A stretch of DNA of 64,000 bases from Fibrobacteria bacterium (GTDB lineage: Bacteria > Fibrobacterota > Fibrobacteria > UBA11236). The position numbers and the translations under genes are program-made. Positions 29,393 to 41,107 of the stretch are shown piece after piece (within the stretch, counting starts at the first letter, position 1; the number at the start of each line of letters is the position of its first letter). The stretch lies in assembly GCA_043732185.1 (NCBI GenBank), contig JAYTHY010000066.1:1-64000 (forward strand), read 5' to 3'. The notes below the pieces were generated by a model that was given only the letters and a program-made list of their open reading frames with translations, did no database searches and had not been told where the DNA came from.

Positions 29393-30585
29393 GTCAGCGC
29401 TGTAAATCCGCGTTCAAGTCTATCTAAAGCTGCGGCTAGAACCTCCAAATTTTGGGCGAAGGAAATCCGCATATAGCCTTCCATGCCAAACGCGCTACCC
29501 GGAACGGTGGCCAACAGTTGCTCGTCCAAAAAATATTGGCAAATTTCCATGGATGTATTCAAGGATTTACTGTCAAAAGATTTTCCGAAGTAAGCTTGTA
29601 TTCCGAAAAATACGTAGAAGGCGCCTTGTGGCACCAATACCTGCAGGCCGGGGATAGATCGCAAGCGGGATAATGCGAGCTCCCGGCATTCCGCCAAGTG
29701 GCTTCGCAATATTTCAACGAAACCCATGCCTTCATTGAGACTGGCCAAAGCAGCAAATTGCGAGGCGTTGGCGGGATGATGTGTTCCGTGGCTTTGAATG
29801 GCGCTGATGGCTGCGGCCAGTGCCGGTGGAGCACCCAGGTACCCGATGCGCCAACCCGTCATGGCAAAGGCTTTGGACATTCCGTTGATGGTGATGCTGC
29901 GGGAAAAAATTTCAGGGCCCAGGGACGCAATGCTGACATGCTTGGCTTCGCCGTATACTAGGTATTCGTAAATTTCATCGGAGAGAACGTACAGATCCTT
30001 TTCAACAATAACCTGCGCCAAGGCTTGTAGTTCTGCGTGCGAGTACACAGCCCCGGTGGGATTTCCGGGTGAGTTCAGAATGACCAATTTGGACCGGTCA
30101 GTGACCGCCGCGGCAAGTTCCGCTGCTGTGAGCTTGAATCCATTGGCCAGCGCACTAGGCAGTAACACCGCAGTACCCCCCAGAAACCGCACCAATTCCG
30201 GGTAGGTCGTCCAGCATGGAGTGGGAATTAAAACCTCATCCCCTTCTTCGACCAAGGCCAGCAATGCGTTGAAGACGCAGTGTTTGGCACCACTGGAAAC
30301 AATGATGTCATTTGGCGGATACGCCACATGGTTATCCCTGGAAAATTTGACGCTAATGGCTTCGCGCAAGGCGGGAAGCCCCGTTACAATGGAATATTTT
30401 GTGAGACCCTTTTGAATGGAAAGGATGGCTGCATCCTTCGCAAGCTGGGGCGTGTCCAGGTCCGGTTCACCGGCGCCAAGGCTGAGCACGTCTTTGCCTT
30501 CCGCTTTTAGGCGCTTATATTTGGCATCGATGGCTACGGTTTGCGAAGGTGAAATGCGCCCGGTTCTTGATGCCAGGGATTTCAT
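29389..30585 (-). CDS. aspC: Class I PLP-dependent aminotransferase (aspartate aminotransferase-like)
   Basis: GAGEPD, NSPGNPTG, SDEIYE, GMSKAFAMTGWRIG. Confidence 0.88.
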   Translation of the reverse strand: MKSLASRTGRISPSQTVAIDAKYKRLKAEGKDVLSLGAGEPDLDTPQLAKDAAILSIQKGLTKYSIVTGLPALREAISVKFSRDNHVAYPPNDIIVSSGAKHCVFNALLALVEEGDEVLIPTPCWTTYPELVRFLGGTAVLLPSALANGFKLTAAELAAAVTDRSKLVILNSPGNPTGAVYSHAELQALAQVIVEKDLYVLSDEIYEYLVYGEAKHVSIASLGPEIFSRSITINGMSKAFAMTGWRIGYLGAPPALAAAISAIQSHGTHHPANASQFAALASLNEGMGFVEILRSHLAECRELALSRLRSIPGLQVLVPQGAFYVFFGIQAYFGKSFDSKSLNTSMEICQYFLDEQLLATVPGSAFGMEGYMRISFAQNLEVLAAALDRLERGFTALT

Positions 30586-30598
30586 AAGCGACCGACAA

Positions 30599-32275
30599 TC
30601 ATTCGTCGGTGACGCAGCCTTCGCTGGCAGTGCTCACGGTCTTGATGTACTTGTAGAGGGTTCCTTTGGTGATTTTATACGGCGGTGCCGTCCAACCCTG
30701 GAAACGACCCGCTATTTCGGCTTCCGTGAGGTCGACTTCGAGAATGTTCTTTTCGGCATCAATAGTGATAACGTCTCCGTTTTTCAATATGGCGAGAACG
30801 CCGCCGGTTTGCGCTTCGGGGGTAATATGCCCGACTACAAATCCATGCGTTCCGCCAGAGAAGCGGCCGTCGGTAATCAAGGCAACGCTTTTGCCTAGGC
30901 CTGCGCCCATAATGGCAGACGTTACCGTTAGCATTTCGCTCATACCGGGACCACCCTTGGGTCCTTCATACCGGATGACCACGACATCACCGGCTACAAT
31001 GGTTTTCTTTTCCAATGCCAAGAGGGTTTCTTCTTCACTTTCATAAACCTTTGCGGGTCCCGTAAAGGAAAGCCCTTCCTTACCCGTAATTTTGGCAACG
31101 GCTCCTTCACGCGCCAAGTTGCCGTAGAGAATGCGAATGTGGCCAGTGGCTTTGAGTGGTTTGGATACAGGATAGATTACATCCTGACCCGCCTTGAGTC
31201 CGGGTAAAGATTCCACATTTTCGGCTAAGGTCTTTCCTGTTACGGTCAAGCAATCGCCATGTAAAAAGCCTTCTTTGAGTAGCAATTTTTGAACTGCAGG
31301 AATGCCGCCGACGCGATGCAAATCCTCCATCACATATTTTCCACTGGGCTTTAGGTCAGCCAGGAATGGCGTTTTGTCGCTGACGCGCTGGAAGTCGTCA
31401 ATGGTCAGCTTCACATCCGCCGCCTTAGCCATAGCTACCAAATGGAGCACGGCGTTGGTGGAGCCTCCCAAAGCGATAACCATGGTCATGGCATTTTCAA
31501 AAGCTTTGCGCGTCATGATGTCACGGGGCTTGATGTCTTTTTCCAGTATCAAGCGGATGGCTTTACCCAGCTGCAGGCATTCGCGGAACTTCTCATCACT
31601 GATGGCGGGAGAGGAGGAATCATAGGGCAAGGTCATGCCCAAGGTTTCAATAGCCGATGCCATGGTGTTGGCCGTGTACATGCCACCGCAAGCCCCTTGC
31701 CCCGGACAGGCATGTTTCAAAATTTCGTTCATCCGGTTTTCATCGATTTTGCCGGAAACAAATTCACCATAAGCTTCAAAGGCGGAAACCAGGTTCAGGG
31801 GCTTGCCTTCATGATAACCAGGTAAAATGGTGCCACCATAAACCATTATGCTCGGCCGGTTGAAGCGAGCCATAGCCATGATGGATCCGGGCATATTTTT
31901 ATCGCAACCCACCACGGATATATTCGCGTCATACCATTGTGCGCAGGTAACCGTTTCAATGGAGTCGGCAATGATGTCGCGGCTCTGAAGGGAATAGTTC
32001 ATGCCTTCCGTGCCCATGGAAATGCCGTCGCTGACACCGATGGTGTGGAACATCAATCCCACTAGGCCTTCCGCCTTCACGCTTTTTTTGATATGCTGGG
32101 CCAGATCATTGAGGTGCATATTACAGGGGTTGCCGTCCCAGCCGGTACTGGCAATTCCCACTTGGGCCTTGTCCATATCCTCATCTGTCATGCCAGTGGC
32201 ATAAAGCATGGCTTTGGAACCGGGTTGGGAAACACTTTGGGTGAGTCGGGAGCTGTATTTATTGAGCTTTTGCAT
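30599..32275 (-). CDS. ilvD: Dihydroxy-acid dehydratase
   Basis: [35 protein letters not shown]. Confidence 0.97.
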   Translation of the reverse strand: MQKLNKYSSRLTQSVSQPGSKAMLYATGMTDEDMDKAQVGIASTGWDGNPCNMHLNDLAQHIKKSVKAEGLVGLMFHTIGVSDGISMGTEGMNYSLQSRDIIADSIETVTCAQWYDANISVVGCDKNMPGSIMAMARFNRPSIMVYGGTILPGYHEGKPLNLVSAFEAYGEFVSGKIDENRMNEILKHACPGQGACGGMYTANTMASAIETLGMTLPYDSSSPAISDEKFRECLQLGKAIRLILEKDIKPRDIMTRKAFENAMTMVIALGGSTNAVLHLVAMAKAADVKLTIDDFQRVSDKTPFLADLKPSGKYVMEDLHRVGGIPAVQKLLLKEGFLHGDCLTVTGKTLAENVESLPGLKAGQDVIYPVSKPLKATGHIRILYGNLAREGAVAKITGKEGLSFTGPAKVYESEEETLLALEKKTIVAGDVVVIRYEGPKGGPGMSEMLTVTSAIMGAGLGKSVALITDGRFSGGTHGFVVGHITPEAQTGGVLAILKNGDVITIDAEKNILEVDLTEAEIAGRFQGWTAPPYKITKGTLYKYIKTVSTASEGCVTDE

Positions 32276-32332
32276 GCTTCGCTTTCGTAAAACTTGAAAT
32301 ATTTAATTTAGTAAAAAGGGATAAAATTCGGC

Positions 32333-35300
32333 TTAGGGCTGTTTCTCGCCTTCACTTGGAAATTGCTTCAAAACGGTCAGCTTGAGGCCTGAGCTGGATA
32401 AAATCGGTTCCCATTCCGTCTGGATTTTGAAATATTCTTCGGGGGCGGCCACGAAGGGTTCGATACGCCATTTTTGGGTTATGGTCATTGAGTGGGAATC
32501 CCTTTCATTCACGGACAGCATCCAGTGCAAGTAGTGTTCGCTCAATTCACGGTCCAGGCTCAGGGGCTTCCACGTATACTCATTCGGGAGTTCATATTGC
32601 CATTGGGATTGAATTTGGATCTCGTGCGGAAAATAAACCGGAGCCCTTCGATTGTCGGCTTTGGGAAATCGTAGAAAGCTCAATTCCAACATTGGAAAAT
32701 GTTCGAATTCCTGTGGGCTAGCATGCATTTGAAATTTCCGTCGATATTTAAATACCATGACTAGCGGGGCGTCAGCATCGTCTTCATTCATCACCCTGAA
32801 CCGTTCATCGGCAAAGCTGGGGTAACTTTGCGCCAACCAGCTGAGAAGGTTTTCATACTTAGTGGCCTTATTCCAAGTTCGCATGTGGGTGCGGAATTCA
32901 CCTGCCACTTTGCCGGTCATAACTAGGCTGTCTTCACCCAATGCGGATTGGGCTGTTTCAACCTTTACGTGATGGAATACTTGCACGCGGTGTTCACCCG
33001 AGCTGTCCAATTCCGGAATGGTGGCAATGTGAGAGTTTTCCGCATTCAAGACCAAAACGTTTTTGCCTTCTAAGGCCAGCGGCGTGCGCCTAAAAGCGTA
33101 TTGTTTGTCCGTGGGGTCTAGAAAATATTCTGGCATGCCTTTTTGTGCTGGCACTTGAACAATCATATGGTTGAATTGGTGCAGGCTGGGTTGATCCAAA
33201 TCACCCACATGGTTCAGGCTCACCAGGCACAGGTGCGCTTCCAGAGATTGCGCGTTCAGCATTTGCATCAGCAACAAGGCATGGCCCTTGCAATCCGAAT
33301 ATCCATTAGTCAAAACAGTTTCACTTTTATCCGGCACTAAAGCTTGTAAGCTGAATTCAAAATTGTTGTAGCGCACGGAATCGCGTACAAACCGAAACAA
33401 GGCCTGAACGGGATTTCCATTTCGGTTATGTTCCATGATTTCTAAGGCCCGCTCCCGTACAGGTACCGGTAAGGAATCAAAACGGATCCCCGCTTTTTTA
33501 AGCATTTGCTGGTAGCTTTTGCCTACTTCCGGCCAGGTCGTGAAAGGAGCAGCTGAGAATCCCGTCCCGAATTCATCATTGGCCGGGCGGAAATTGTCCT
33601 CGAAACCAGCCAGAGGTTCATTCATGCGAATGGCAATCCGATCAGCAAGGCTATCGATTTTAGCTTCGCCAAAGGCACTGACAATAAGGTGTTTGGGAGG
33701 ATGCAGAATTTCAAAGCGACATTCCAGAATTGGAAAAGGGTAGGCGTGGTCATAGCGAAGGTAAGGAAATTCCGCGACAGGAAGCTGTGATTCTTCTGTG
33801 GTCATAATTTCCAAGTATTGTATTCCCGGCCTGGTTTTGATGGGCAAGTGTACGAGCAGGTTTTCCGGATGTAAAGTGGAGTTATGACTTTTGGTTACAT
33901 AGAAGTCGCCGAAGTGTTCTTCATCCATCAGTTTGAGATTTGCATTGTAGAGTCGAAATTGATTGACATAGAACCGGGAATAATTTGGATTGATCTCATA
34001 GGTGAGTTCAGACAGACGGATGAGTTTTCGGGCGTCGTGTATGTAATAGATTTGATGCCGAGTTTTTTTCCATCGGCCCTTGGGAACCCAGCTATATACG
34101 ATATTTTGGCTGAGTAATGTCAAAGGAAATTGACCCGCAAGTTTTTGATTATCTGCGACATTGAGTAAGGCTTTGGCTGCTGTCAAAGAACCCTTGGTTT
34201 TTAACGGTGACAACGGTGTACGCAAAATGAGGTTGCTGCGGTTTCCCATTAAGGCCGAAATTTGCGTCGACAATTGTTGGGCATCTCGATTGGCAGGATC
34301 TAGGGACAGTGCGGCTTGGGCCGAGGCCGCGGCCAATTGATACAGCTTCAAATTGAATTCGCAAATGCCTTTGAACAAATAATTGTTGGAGGTGGGTGGA
34401 AATTTTTCACCTAAACTACGCTGGTATTCCAAAGCGGTTTCGTACTCCTTGAGCCCGGCTAAAGCGCGCAGGTAATATTCAACAGAATTTGGACTCGGAG
34501 GTGTATTCAAATGCGCTTGAACCAAAACCAGCCGGGCATTTTCATATTCTTCCAAGCCGAGCAAAGTAGACGCAAGATATATGGAAAGACGAAAATCCGG
34601 TTTTTCTTCGTATCGGCGTAACAAAACATTTTTCGAGTGCACACGCTCACCCAAACCCCACAAGGCATCGGAAAGGTTGATGAGCCATTCGGTATTCGTC
34701 GGGTCCAATTCTAAGGCATGGATGGCCCAGGATTTGGCTTCCTGGTACCGACTGAGTTCCTCGTTCATGGCTCCCATGGTGCCTGCCAGTTGGGAAGACT
34801 GGGCAAGAAGCGCGGGATAATTGGATAGGTAGTCTATACCCCCGAGGTTGTCTTTTCGAAGTTGAAAAATGGCTGCGCAATTGATGAGGTAAGCGGCGTT
34901 TGAGGTATCAAGTGACAATGCAGTTTGAAAATGTTTTAGTGCCGACTGCCAATTCGTATCCTCTAGGGCTTTGAGTCCCCAGGTATTTTCAAGGCTGGCT
35001 TTAAAGGAACGCCGCGAGAGTTCTGTTGCATCACTGGAACGCTGCGGACGAGGACTCATGTCAATATCCGGCAGGATTCCGATTTGACTTGGCTCTAGCT
35101 GGTTTTTTGATTCAATATGGATGAAGAGAATACTCGTATCGCTTCGAACTAAAATCCCCCAATGCCTGATTGTGTCCTGGGCAGGTTTGAAAAAAACCAT
35201 CCCTTTTGGCAATGATGGAAGGGCTTCCCGGGCGGTAACCGGATCGGCTTTGAATAAATAGGCCAGGGCAGGTGAAAGGGAATCCGGTTTTAAAAAGTCA

Positions 35301-35641
35301 TGTGACCCGCTTGTTTCGTAAAAAGTGATGCGCACCTTGCGATCGGTAATCTTGACAAGGGTTTTGGTCGGTATGCCTATATCCGTACTCACATTCGGGA
35401 CTTCCAGCCAGCTTGGTGCGGTAGCGGAAAAACTCCAACCGGTCCCGCTTTGATACGCGTGAAAAATATGGCTAGGAACGTGTTTGTCGCCCCTTACGGT
35501 CGAGACCTCAAATATGGTGGAATCGATTCCATGCTCAGGTATAGCATGCGTCCGAGTCAGGAGTGGGGATGCACAACTTGCTATCCAGAGCGCCGTGGCT
35601 GCTGCAAGCAATTGTAGGCCAAGAAAGGAACCAGCTCGCAT
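32333..35641 (-). CDS. Large lipoprotein with TPR repeats and transglutaminase-like (DUF3857-type) module
   Basis: Lipobox IASC; TPR-like helices; Cys-His-Asp triad motifs GYSDCKGHA, FNHMIV, FLDPT. Confidence 0.8.
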   Translation of the reverse strand: MRAGSFLGLQLLAAATALWIASCASPLLTRTHAIPEHGIDSTIFEVSTVRGDKHVPSHIFHAYQSGTGWSFSATAPSWLEVPNVSTDIGIPTKTLVKITDRKVRITFYETSGSHDFLKPDSLSPALAYLFKADPVTAREALPSLPKGMVFFKPAQDTIRHWGILVRSDTSILFIHIESKNQLEPSQIGILPDIDMSPRPQRSSDATELSRRSFKASLENTWGLKALEDTNWQSALKHFQTALSLDTSNAAYLINCAAIFQLRKDNLGGIDYLSNYPALLAQSSQLAGTMGAMNEELSRYQEAKSWAIHALELDPTNTEWLINLSDALWGLGERVHSKNVLLRRYEEKPDFRLSIYLASTLLGLEEYENARLVLVQAHLNTPPSPNSVEYYLRALAGLKEYETALEYQRSLGEKFPPTSNNYLFKGICEFNLKLYQLAAASAQAALSLDPANRDAQQLSTQISALMGNRSNLILRTPLSPLKTKGSLTAAKALLNVADNQKLAGQFPLTLLSQNIVYSWVPKGRWKKTRHQIYYIHDARKLIRLSELTYEINPNYSRFYVNQFRLYNANLKLMDEEHFGDFYVTKSHNSTLHPENLLVHLPIKTRPGIQYLEIMTTEESQLPVAEFPYLRYDHAYPFPILECRFEILHPPKHLIVSAFGEAKIDSLADRIAIRMNEPLAGFEDNFRPANDEFGTGFSAAPFTTWPEVGKSYQQMLKKAGIRFDSLPVPVRERALEIMEHNRNGNPVQALFRFVRDSVRYNNFEFSLQALVPDKSETVLTNGYSDCKGHALLLMQMLNAQSLEAHLCLVSLNHVGDLDQPSLHQFNHMIVQVPAQKGMPEYFLDPTDKQYAFRRTPLALEGKNVLVLNAENSHIATIPELDSSGEHRVQVFHHVKVETAQSALGEDSLVMTGKVAGEFRTHMRTWNKATKYENLLSWLAQSYPSFADERFRVMNEDDADAPLVMVFKYRRKFQMHASPQEFEHFPMLELSFLRFPKADNRRAPVYFPHEIQIQSQWQYELPNEYTWKPLSLDRELSEHYLHWMLSVNERDSHSMTITQKWRIEPFVAAPEEYFKIQTEWEPILSSSGLKLTVLKQFPSEGEKQP

Positions 35642-35702
35642 TATCGTAAATTTACGAAACGACAATAGGTACAGACTTCCTTGGACGAATTATATTTGTT
35701 CC

Positions 35703-37052
35703 ATGACAGGTGGAATAGGTGACTTCAGCGTATCGGCCGGCAAGGATGTGTCAGGAAGGGAATTTAGCCGGGAATCCGGCCGCGGTTCCGGTAAAGGCAA
35801 TCTTCACTATATCATTCTGCTTAAGAAAAGCTGGCAGCAGGACGCGCCGCTTCGATTTCACAGCGGATTGCTCGAGGATCTTCGCAATCGATTGAAGTTA
35901 AACGCCAAGGTTCCGTTGCCGGAAATGCCTAACTTCTTTCCCATGGGAGCGGAAGGAGACATCACTTTCGCGGGCCGCCATGTTCTGCATGTGGACTCTG
36001 CCCTTAGGGAGCAGACGCTGTTTTCGCATTTGGAAACACTACGGCTGCTGGTTCAGAAATGTGCGGAACGAAAAACTATTTTCCCCGAATTCGTCGCCAA
36101 CTTGAATAAAATTCCCATTCCCGCCTCTTGGCGCAATGAAATTGTGAACGGCCTTTTTCAAACCGCGCAGGCGAATGAGCCCGTCAAATCAACGCCAAAG
36201 CCTCCCGGACTGTCGCAGGATATCGATAAACTGATGGGGCTTTTACAAGAAAAAGATACTGGCGGTTCCCGACTCAGTCCCCATCTCGGTCATTTTTTGG
36301 ACGAAGTCGGCCGAGACAGCACTGGTTTTATTCTCCGCGATGGTGCTGCAAAACAGCTCTTTCAGGATTTGACGCAAACCCTTGTCGCCCTTAGGAGCAG
36401 TTTGCTGCGCCAGCCTTCCTTAGCGGAAACATTGGGGTTTATCTGTTCCCTGCAAAGGCTGGCCCGCTGCGCCAAAGGTCGGGACCGACAATGTGTCCAC
36501 CTTTGGTCGGAAATCCCAGAACATCCAGAGGCATTATTGGTGGGTGAAAATGCTGACGAGGCGGGGGATACGGCTGTAGCCATTGTGTTGCTCGATCCCT
36601 GGGAACGGGAACCGGATTTCCTTAAGAAAACGGCCAACTTATCCGCGGCACTCAATTGTCCGGTCCTCATGCAAATACCTGGAGAGGCTTTACCGGAGGG
36701 CGAAGCCCTGACGACGCTTTTTGAAAGGCTGCGCCTTTCCCAAGCCTTCTTTTTTGCCGGCGGTGTTGCATCGCGTGTGGATGAAGAGGCCTGTGTCTTT
36801 AGGCCCGCAGCATTAGCCTTCTTGGAAGGGCTAGTATCTGCCAAGGAAGATGTGGACTATTATGTGCACCGCGCTATGGTGCTGGAAGATCAGGATTTGA
36901 TAACTGAAAAAGGCCAGGCACGATCTTCCGATCGACTTATGGATCAAACCCAAGTGAATACCTTTAGCGAAAAGAAAATAAATCGGGTCAATGGGGCCAA
37001 GAACCAAAGTAAGGTTTCCTTCCCACTTTTGACTCCTTGGGGGAATGTATGA
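35703..37052 (+). CDS. Hypothetical protein, possible divergent TssB-TssC contractile sheath fusion
   Basis: Long ORF with ATG at 35703. By-eye similarity to TssB (GIGDFS) and TssC (LLRQPSL; DFLKKTANLSAALNCP) segments. Confidence 0.45.
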   Translation: MTGGIGDFSVSAGKDVSGREFSRESGRGSGKGNLHYIILLKKSWQQDAPLRFHSGLLEDLRNRLKLNAKVPLPEMPNFFPMGAEGDITFAGRHVLHVDSALREQTLFSHLETLRLLVQKCAERKTIFPEFVANLNKIPIPASWRNEIVNGLFQTAQANEPVKSTPKPPGLSQDIDKLMGLLQEKDTGGSRLSPHLGHFLDEVGRDSTGFILRDGAAKQLFQDLTQTLVALRSSLLRQPSLAETLGFICSLQRLARCAKGRDRQCVHLWSEIPEHPEALLVGENADEAGDTAVAIVLLDPWEREPDFLKKTANLSAALNCPVLMQIPGEALPEGEALTTLFERLRLSQAFFFAGGVASRVDEEACVFRPAALAFLEGLVSAKEDVDYYVHRAMVLEDQDLITEKGQARSSDRLMDQTQVNTFSEKKINRVNGAKNQSKVSFPLLTPWGNV

Positions 37053-37098
37053 GATCGGTTTCCAGCAGGTCGTACAACCGAACTCCGGGAAATTAAAC

Positions 37099-38742
37099 AT
37101 GGCGGATATTTTTCTTCAAGTCATTTCCGGGGTACAAGTTGGCCGCAAAATCAGGGTAGGGGACGGACTCACCTTGGGACGAAATGCGGAAAACTCCATT
37201 TGCTTTTCCGGGCCCGATGGAACGTTGGTTTCCGGTAAACATGCCATTATTGAAAAGCGCAATCAGGTGTTGTTACTTCGTGATTTAGGCAGCACCAACG
37301 GCACCTTTATCAACGGGGAACAAGTAGCGGAACATGAAATCGAGGTCGATGAAATCATCAGTTTGGGTGTCAGTGGACCAAAACTGAGGGTAATCGATCG
37401 AATAGCCGGAGCTACCGATTCCACTACCATTAAACCTGTTTCCGGCCTGGCTCCAGCCGTTTCTGCCCAGGAAGCCAAACAACTCCGTACTGATTTTGAG
37501 AACAAACGAACGCCTCCCAAGGCAGTGGCGCCACCCGGGTTCCTAAAATCCAAGAAAAAAGGTGGGCGTGGCGGCCAGACTCCAGACCACATGGGTGATT
37601 TTGGTGGGGACTATGCCGAAGGGGATGATGTCGGTAATTACACTATGGGTTTGGCGCAAAGACTAAAAGACGATGAAGCCGGCCATGATGAGCTTAAGGA
37701 TTTGATCAAAGACAAAGGCCGCGCGGAACGCATTTTGAAAAGTGGAGTTTTGAGTAAACGCGATGCGATGATGATTCATTCCGCTGCTTCTACTTTTTCT
37801 TCGCATAAAAAGCGCGCCTGGTGGATTCTCGGATCCGTTTCCACCGTTGCCTTAATTATAGTGGCAGTTTTGTTATACCAGAATATGGGATATCGAGGCA
37901 AGGTCAAGCAACAGGAAAATCTGCTTTCTACAGCGCGTAATTTGGAGTCTCAGCTTGCTGAAGCCAAGCAGGCAGGCCCCGCCGAAAGCGATGAAGAAAA
38001 GGCCATACTAGTATCGAAACTTCGTGCCGCCGAGCGGCAATTGATGAGTGTGCGGTCTAACTTGAAATCCTCCGATGTCATCAATACCTATAAAAATCCT
38101 TTGGGGCGTGAAATCCATACCATTCTGGAAGGTTTTGGAAAACGCGATTACATCGTCCCGGATATCTTTATCAATCAGGTTGAAAAGCATATTTACTCAT
38201 TCACGAAAACGTCTTCGCGTAACATCATGGAACGCTCTTTCGCCAATAGCCACAAATACAAACAGCTCATTGAAAACGAATTGCTGAAGCAAGGCATGCC
38301 CATGGCATTCCTTTATCTTTCCATGCATGAAAGTCTGCTGGACAGCGGCATTGTCAGTAAGGCTGGCGCGCGCGGACTCTGGCAATTTATGCCACAAACC
38401 GCCCGGGATTATGGGCTCAAGGTTCCCGACAATTGGGAAAACCTACCGCCTGAAGAGGATCAACGCACCAATCCGCAACTTGCCACGCAGGCCGGAGTCA
38501 AATATGTCAAAACGCTATATGCGGAATTTGGCGATGTTGCTTTGGCTATGGCAGCGTACAATGCCGGTGAGGGTCGCATCCGCAAGGCCCTGCGCAGTAT
38601 TGATGATCCCATCAATAATCGCGATTTCTGGTATATTTATCGGTTAGGCACATTGGCAGAAGAAACCAATGAATACGTCCCGAAAATTATAGCCACTATG
38701 ATTATCGACAAAAACCATTCGCGCTACGGTTTCAGCGAGTAG
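37099..38742 (+). CDS. FHA domain - TM - coiled coil - lytic transglycosylase (SLT/MltD-like) protein
   Basis: FHA motifs LGR, VSGKHA, DLGSTNGTFING; TM WWILGSVSTVALIIVAVLLY; SLT motifs HES, GLWQFM, AAYNAGE, ETNEYVPK. Confidence 0.9.
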   Translation: MADIFLQVISGVQVGRKIRVGDGLTLGRNAENSICFSGPDGTLVSGKHAIIEKRNQVLLLRDLGSTNGTFINGEQVAEHEIEVDEIISLGVSGPKLRVIDRIAGATDSTTIKPVSGLAPAVSAQEAKQLRTDFENKRTPPKAVAPPGFLKSKKKGGRGGQTPDHMGDFGGDYAEGDDVGNYTMGLAQRLKDDEAGHDELKDLIKDKGRAERILKSGVLSKRDAMMIHSAASTFSSHKKRAWWILGSVSTVALIIVAVLLYQNMGYRGKVKQQENLLSTARNLESQLAEAKQAGPAESDEEKAILVSKLRAAERQLMSVRSNLKSSDVINTYKNPLGREIHTILEGFGKRDYIVPDIFINQVEKHIYSFTKTSSRNIMERSFANSHKYKQLIENELLKQGMPMAFLYLSMHESLLDSGIVSKAGARGLWQFMPQTARDYGLKVPDNWENLPPEEDQRTNPQLATQAGVKYVKTLYAEFGDVALAMAAYNAGEGRIRKALRSIDDPINNRDFWYIYRLGTLAEETNEYVPKIIATMIIDKNHSRYGFSE

Positions 38743-38849
38743 GATTTTAGCATTCAAGCTTGAGTTTAGCGCCATTCGGCAATCTTGCACTCTGAATGGC
38801 CAACAAGTATATTTCCGTCCGCAACAGCAATTCATTTACTAGGAGGTAA

Positions 38850-39854
<1,005 letters not shown>

Positions 39855-39889
39855 TAGCAGCTTCGCCCTTTAAATCAGGAATCTAAATC

Positions 39890-41104
39890 ATGGCTAAACT
39901 TTTCGTCGAGGATCTTATCGGGCCCAAAGGGCCCGGCCTTAAGGGCAAACGAGTGATCACACGCGTTGATTTCAACGTGCCCATCAAGGATGGTCAGGTG
40001 GAAAGTGAAAAGCGACTGGTAGAGTCGCTGCCTACCTTAAAGTTTCTGATTGCCGCAGGTGCGAAAACCATTCTCATGTCGCATTTAGGCCGACCTAAAG
40101 GCGTTACGGAATCTTTGCGCTTAGCCCCAGTGGCCAAAGTGCTTTCCAGACTTTTGGGTCGGAACGTGCAAACCGTTTCGGATTGTATTGGGCCGGAAGT
40201 TGAGAAAGCTGTCGCAGCTCTTCAAGATGGCGATGTTCTCCTGCTTGAAAATCTCCGCTTTCATACCGAAGAAGAAGGCAACGACACCGGCTTCGCGAAA
40301 CAGTTGGCCGCTCTCGCTGAAATCTATGTGAACGATGCTTTTGGCAGTGCCCACAGGGCCCATGCGTCTACGGAAGGCATCACCCATTTTCTGTCCATCA
40401 GCGCGGCCGGCTTTCTTATGAAAAAAGAGCTCGATTTTTTGGGAGCTGCTTTGGATCAGCCCAAACACCCTTTTGTGTCCATCATAGGCGGCGCAAAAAT
40501 TTCCGGTAAAATCGACGTCATCGAAGCTTTGCTTCCCAAGGTGGACAAACTCCTTATCGGCGGCGGAATGGCGTACACCTTTCTCAAAGCCATGGGTTTG
40601 GAAATTGGGAAATCCTTGGTAGAGAATGATAAGATCGACCTGGCCAAGGCCTTGCTCGCACGCGGCGGCGATAAAATCCAACTTCCCGTGGACTTTATGG
40701 TAACCGACATGCTCGACTTTAAGGGCCGCAAATTAGGCACCTTGCAGGCCGTCCCACGTGAAGGCATTCCTACCACCATGGAGTCAGTGGATATTGGTCC
40801 CAAGTCGGCGGAGCTTTTTTCAACGATTGTAAAGTCTGCGAAAACGGTGGTCTGGAATGGACCCATGGGTGTTTTTGAAATCAAGGAAAGCGCTGCCGGT
40901 ACTTTCGCTGTTGCCAATGCATTGGTCGCGGCCACCTCACACGGCGCAATTACCATTATCGGTGGTGGGGATTCCGCTGCTGCCATTGAACAATTGGGTT
41001 TGGCCGAAAAGGTTTCCCATGTTTCCACCGGTGGTGGGGCTTCTTTGGAGTTTTTGGAAGGCAAAGTGTTGCCGGGCGTCCATGCCCTTACGGAAAAGGT
41101 CTAG
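39890..41104 (+). CDS. pgk: Phosphoglycerate kinase
   Basis: RVDFNVP, SHLGRP, LENLRF, WNGPMG, STGGGA. Confidence 0.98.
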   Translation: MAKLFVEDLIGPKGPGLKGKRVITRVDFNVPIKDGQVESEKRLVESLPTLKFLIAAGAKTILMSHLGRPKGVTESLRLAPVAKVLSRLLGRNVQTVSDCIGPEVEKAVAALQDGDVLLLENLRFHTEEEGNDTGFAKQLAALAEIYVNDAFGSAHRAHASTEGITHFLSISAAGFLMKKELDFLGAALDQPKHPFVSIIGGAKISGKIDVIEALLPKVDKLLIGGGMAYTFLKAMGLEIGKSLVENDKIDLAKALLARGGDKIQLPVDFMVTDMLDFKGRKLGTLQAVPREGIPTTMESVDIGPKSAELFSTIVKSAKTVVWNGPMGVFEIKESAAGTFAVANALVAATSHGAITIIGGGDSAAAIEQLGLAEKVSHVSTGGGASLEFLEGKVLPGVHALTEKV

Positions 41105-41107
41105 ATC

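Noticed and set aside
35484..35702. Upstream extensions given by the ORF track (also at 1172, 1456, 2299, 16750, 27781, 48863)
   Set aside because: They overlap neighbouring genes or promoters; downstream ATGs fit domain starts, signal peptides or RBS better.
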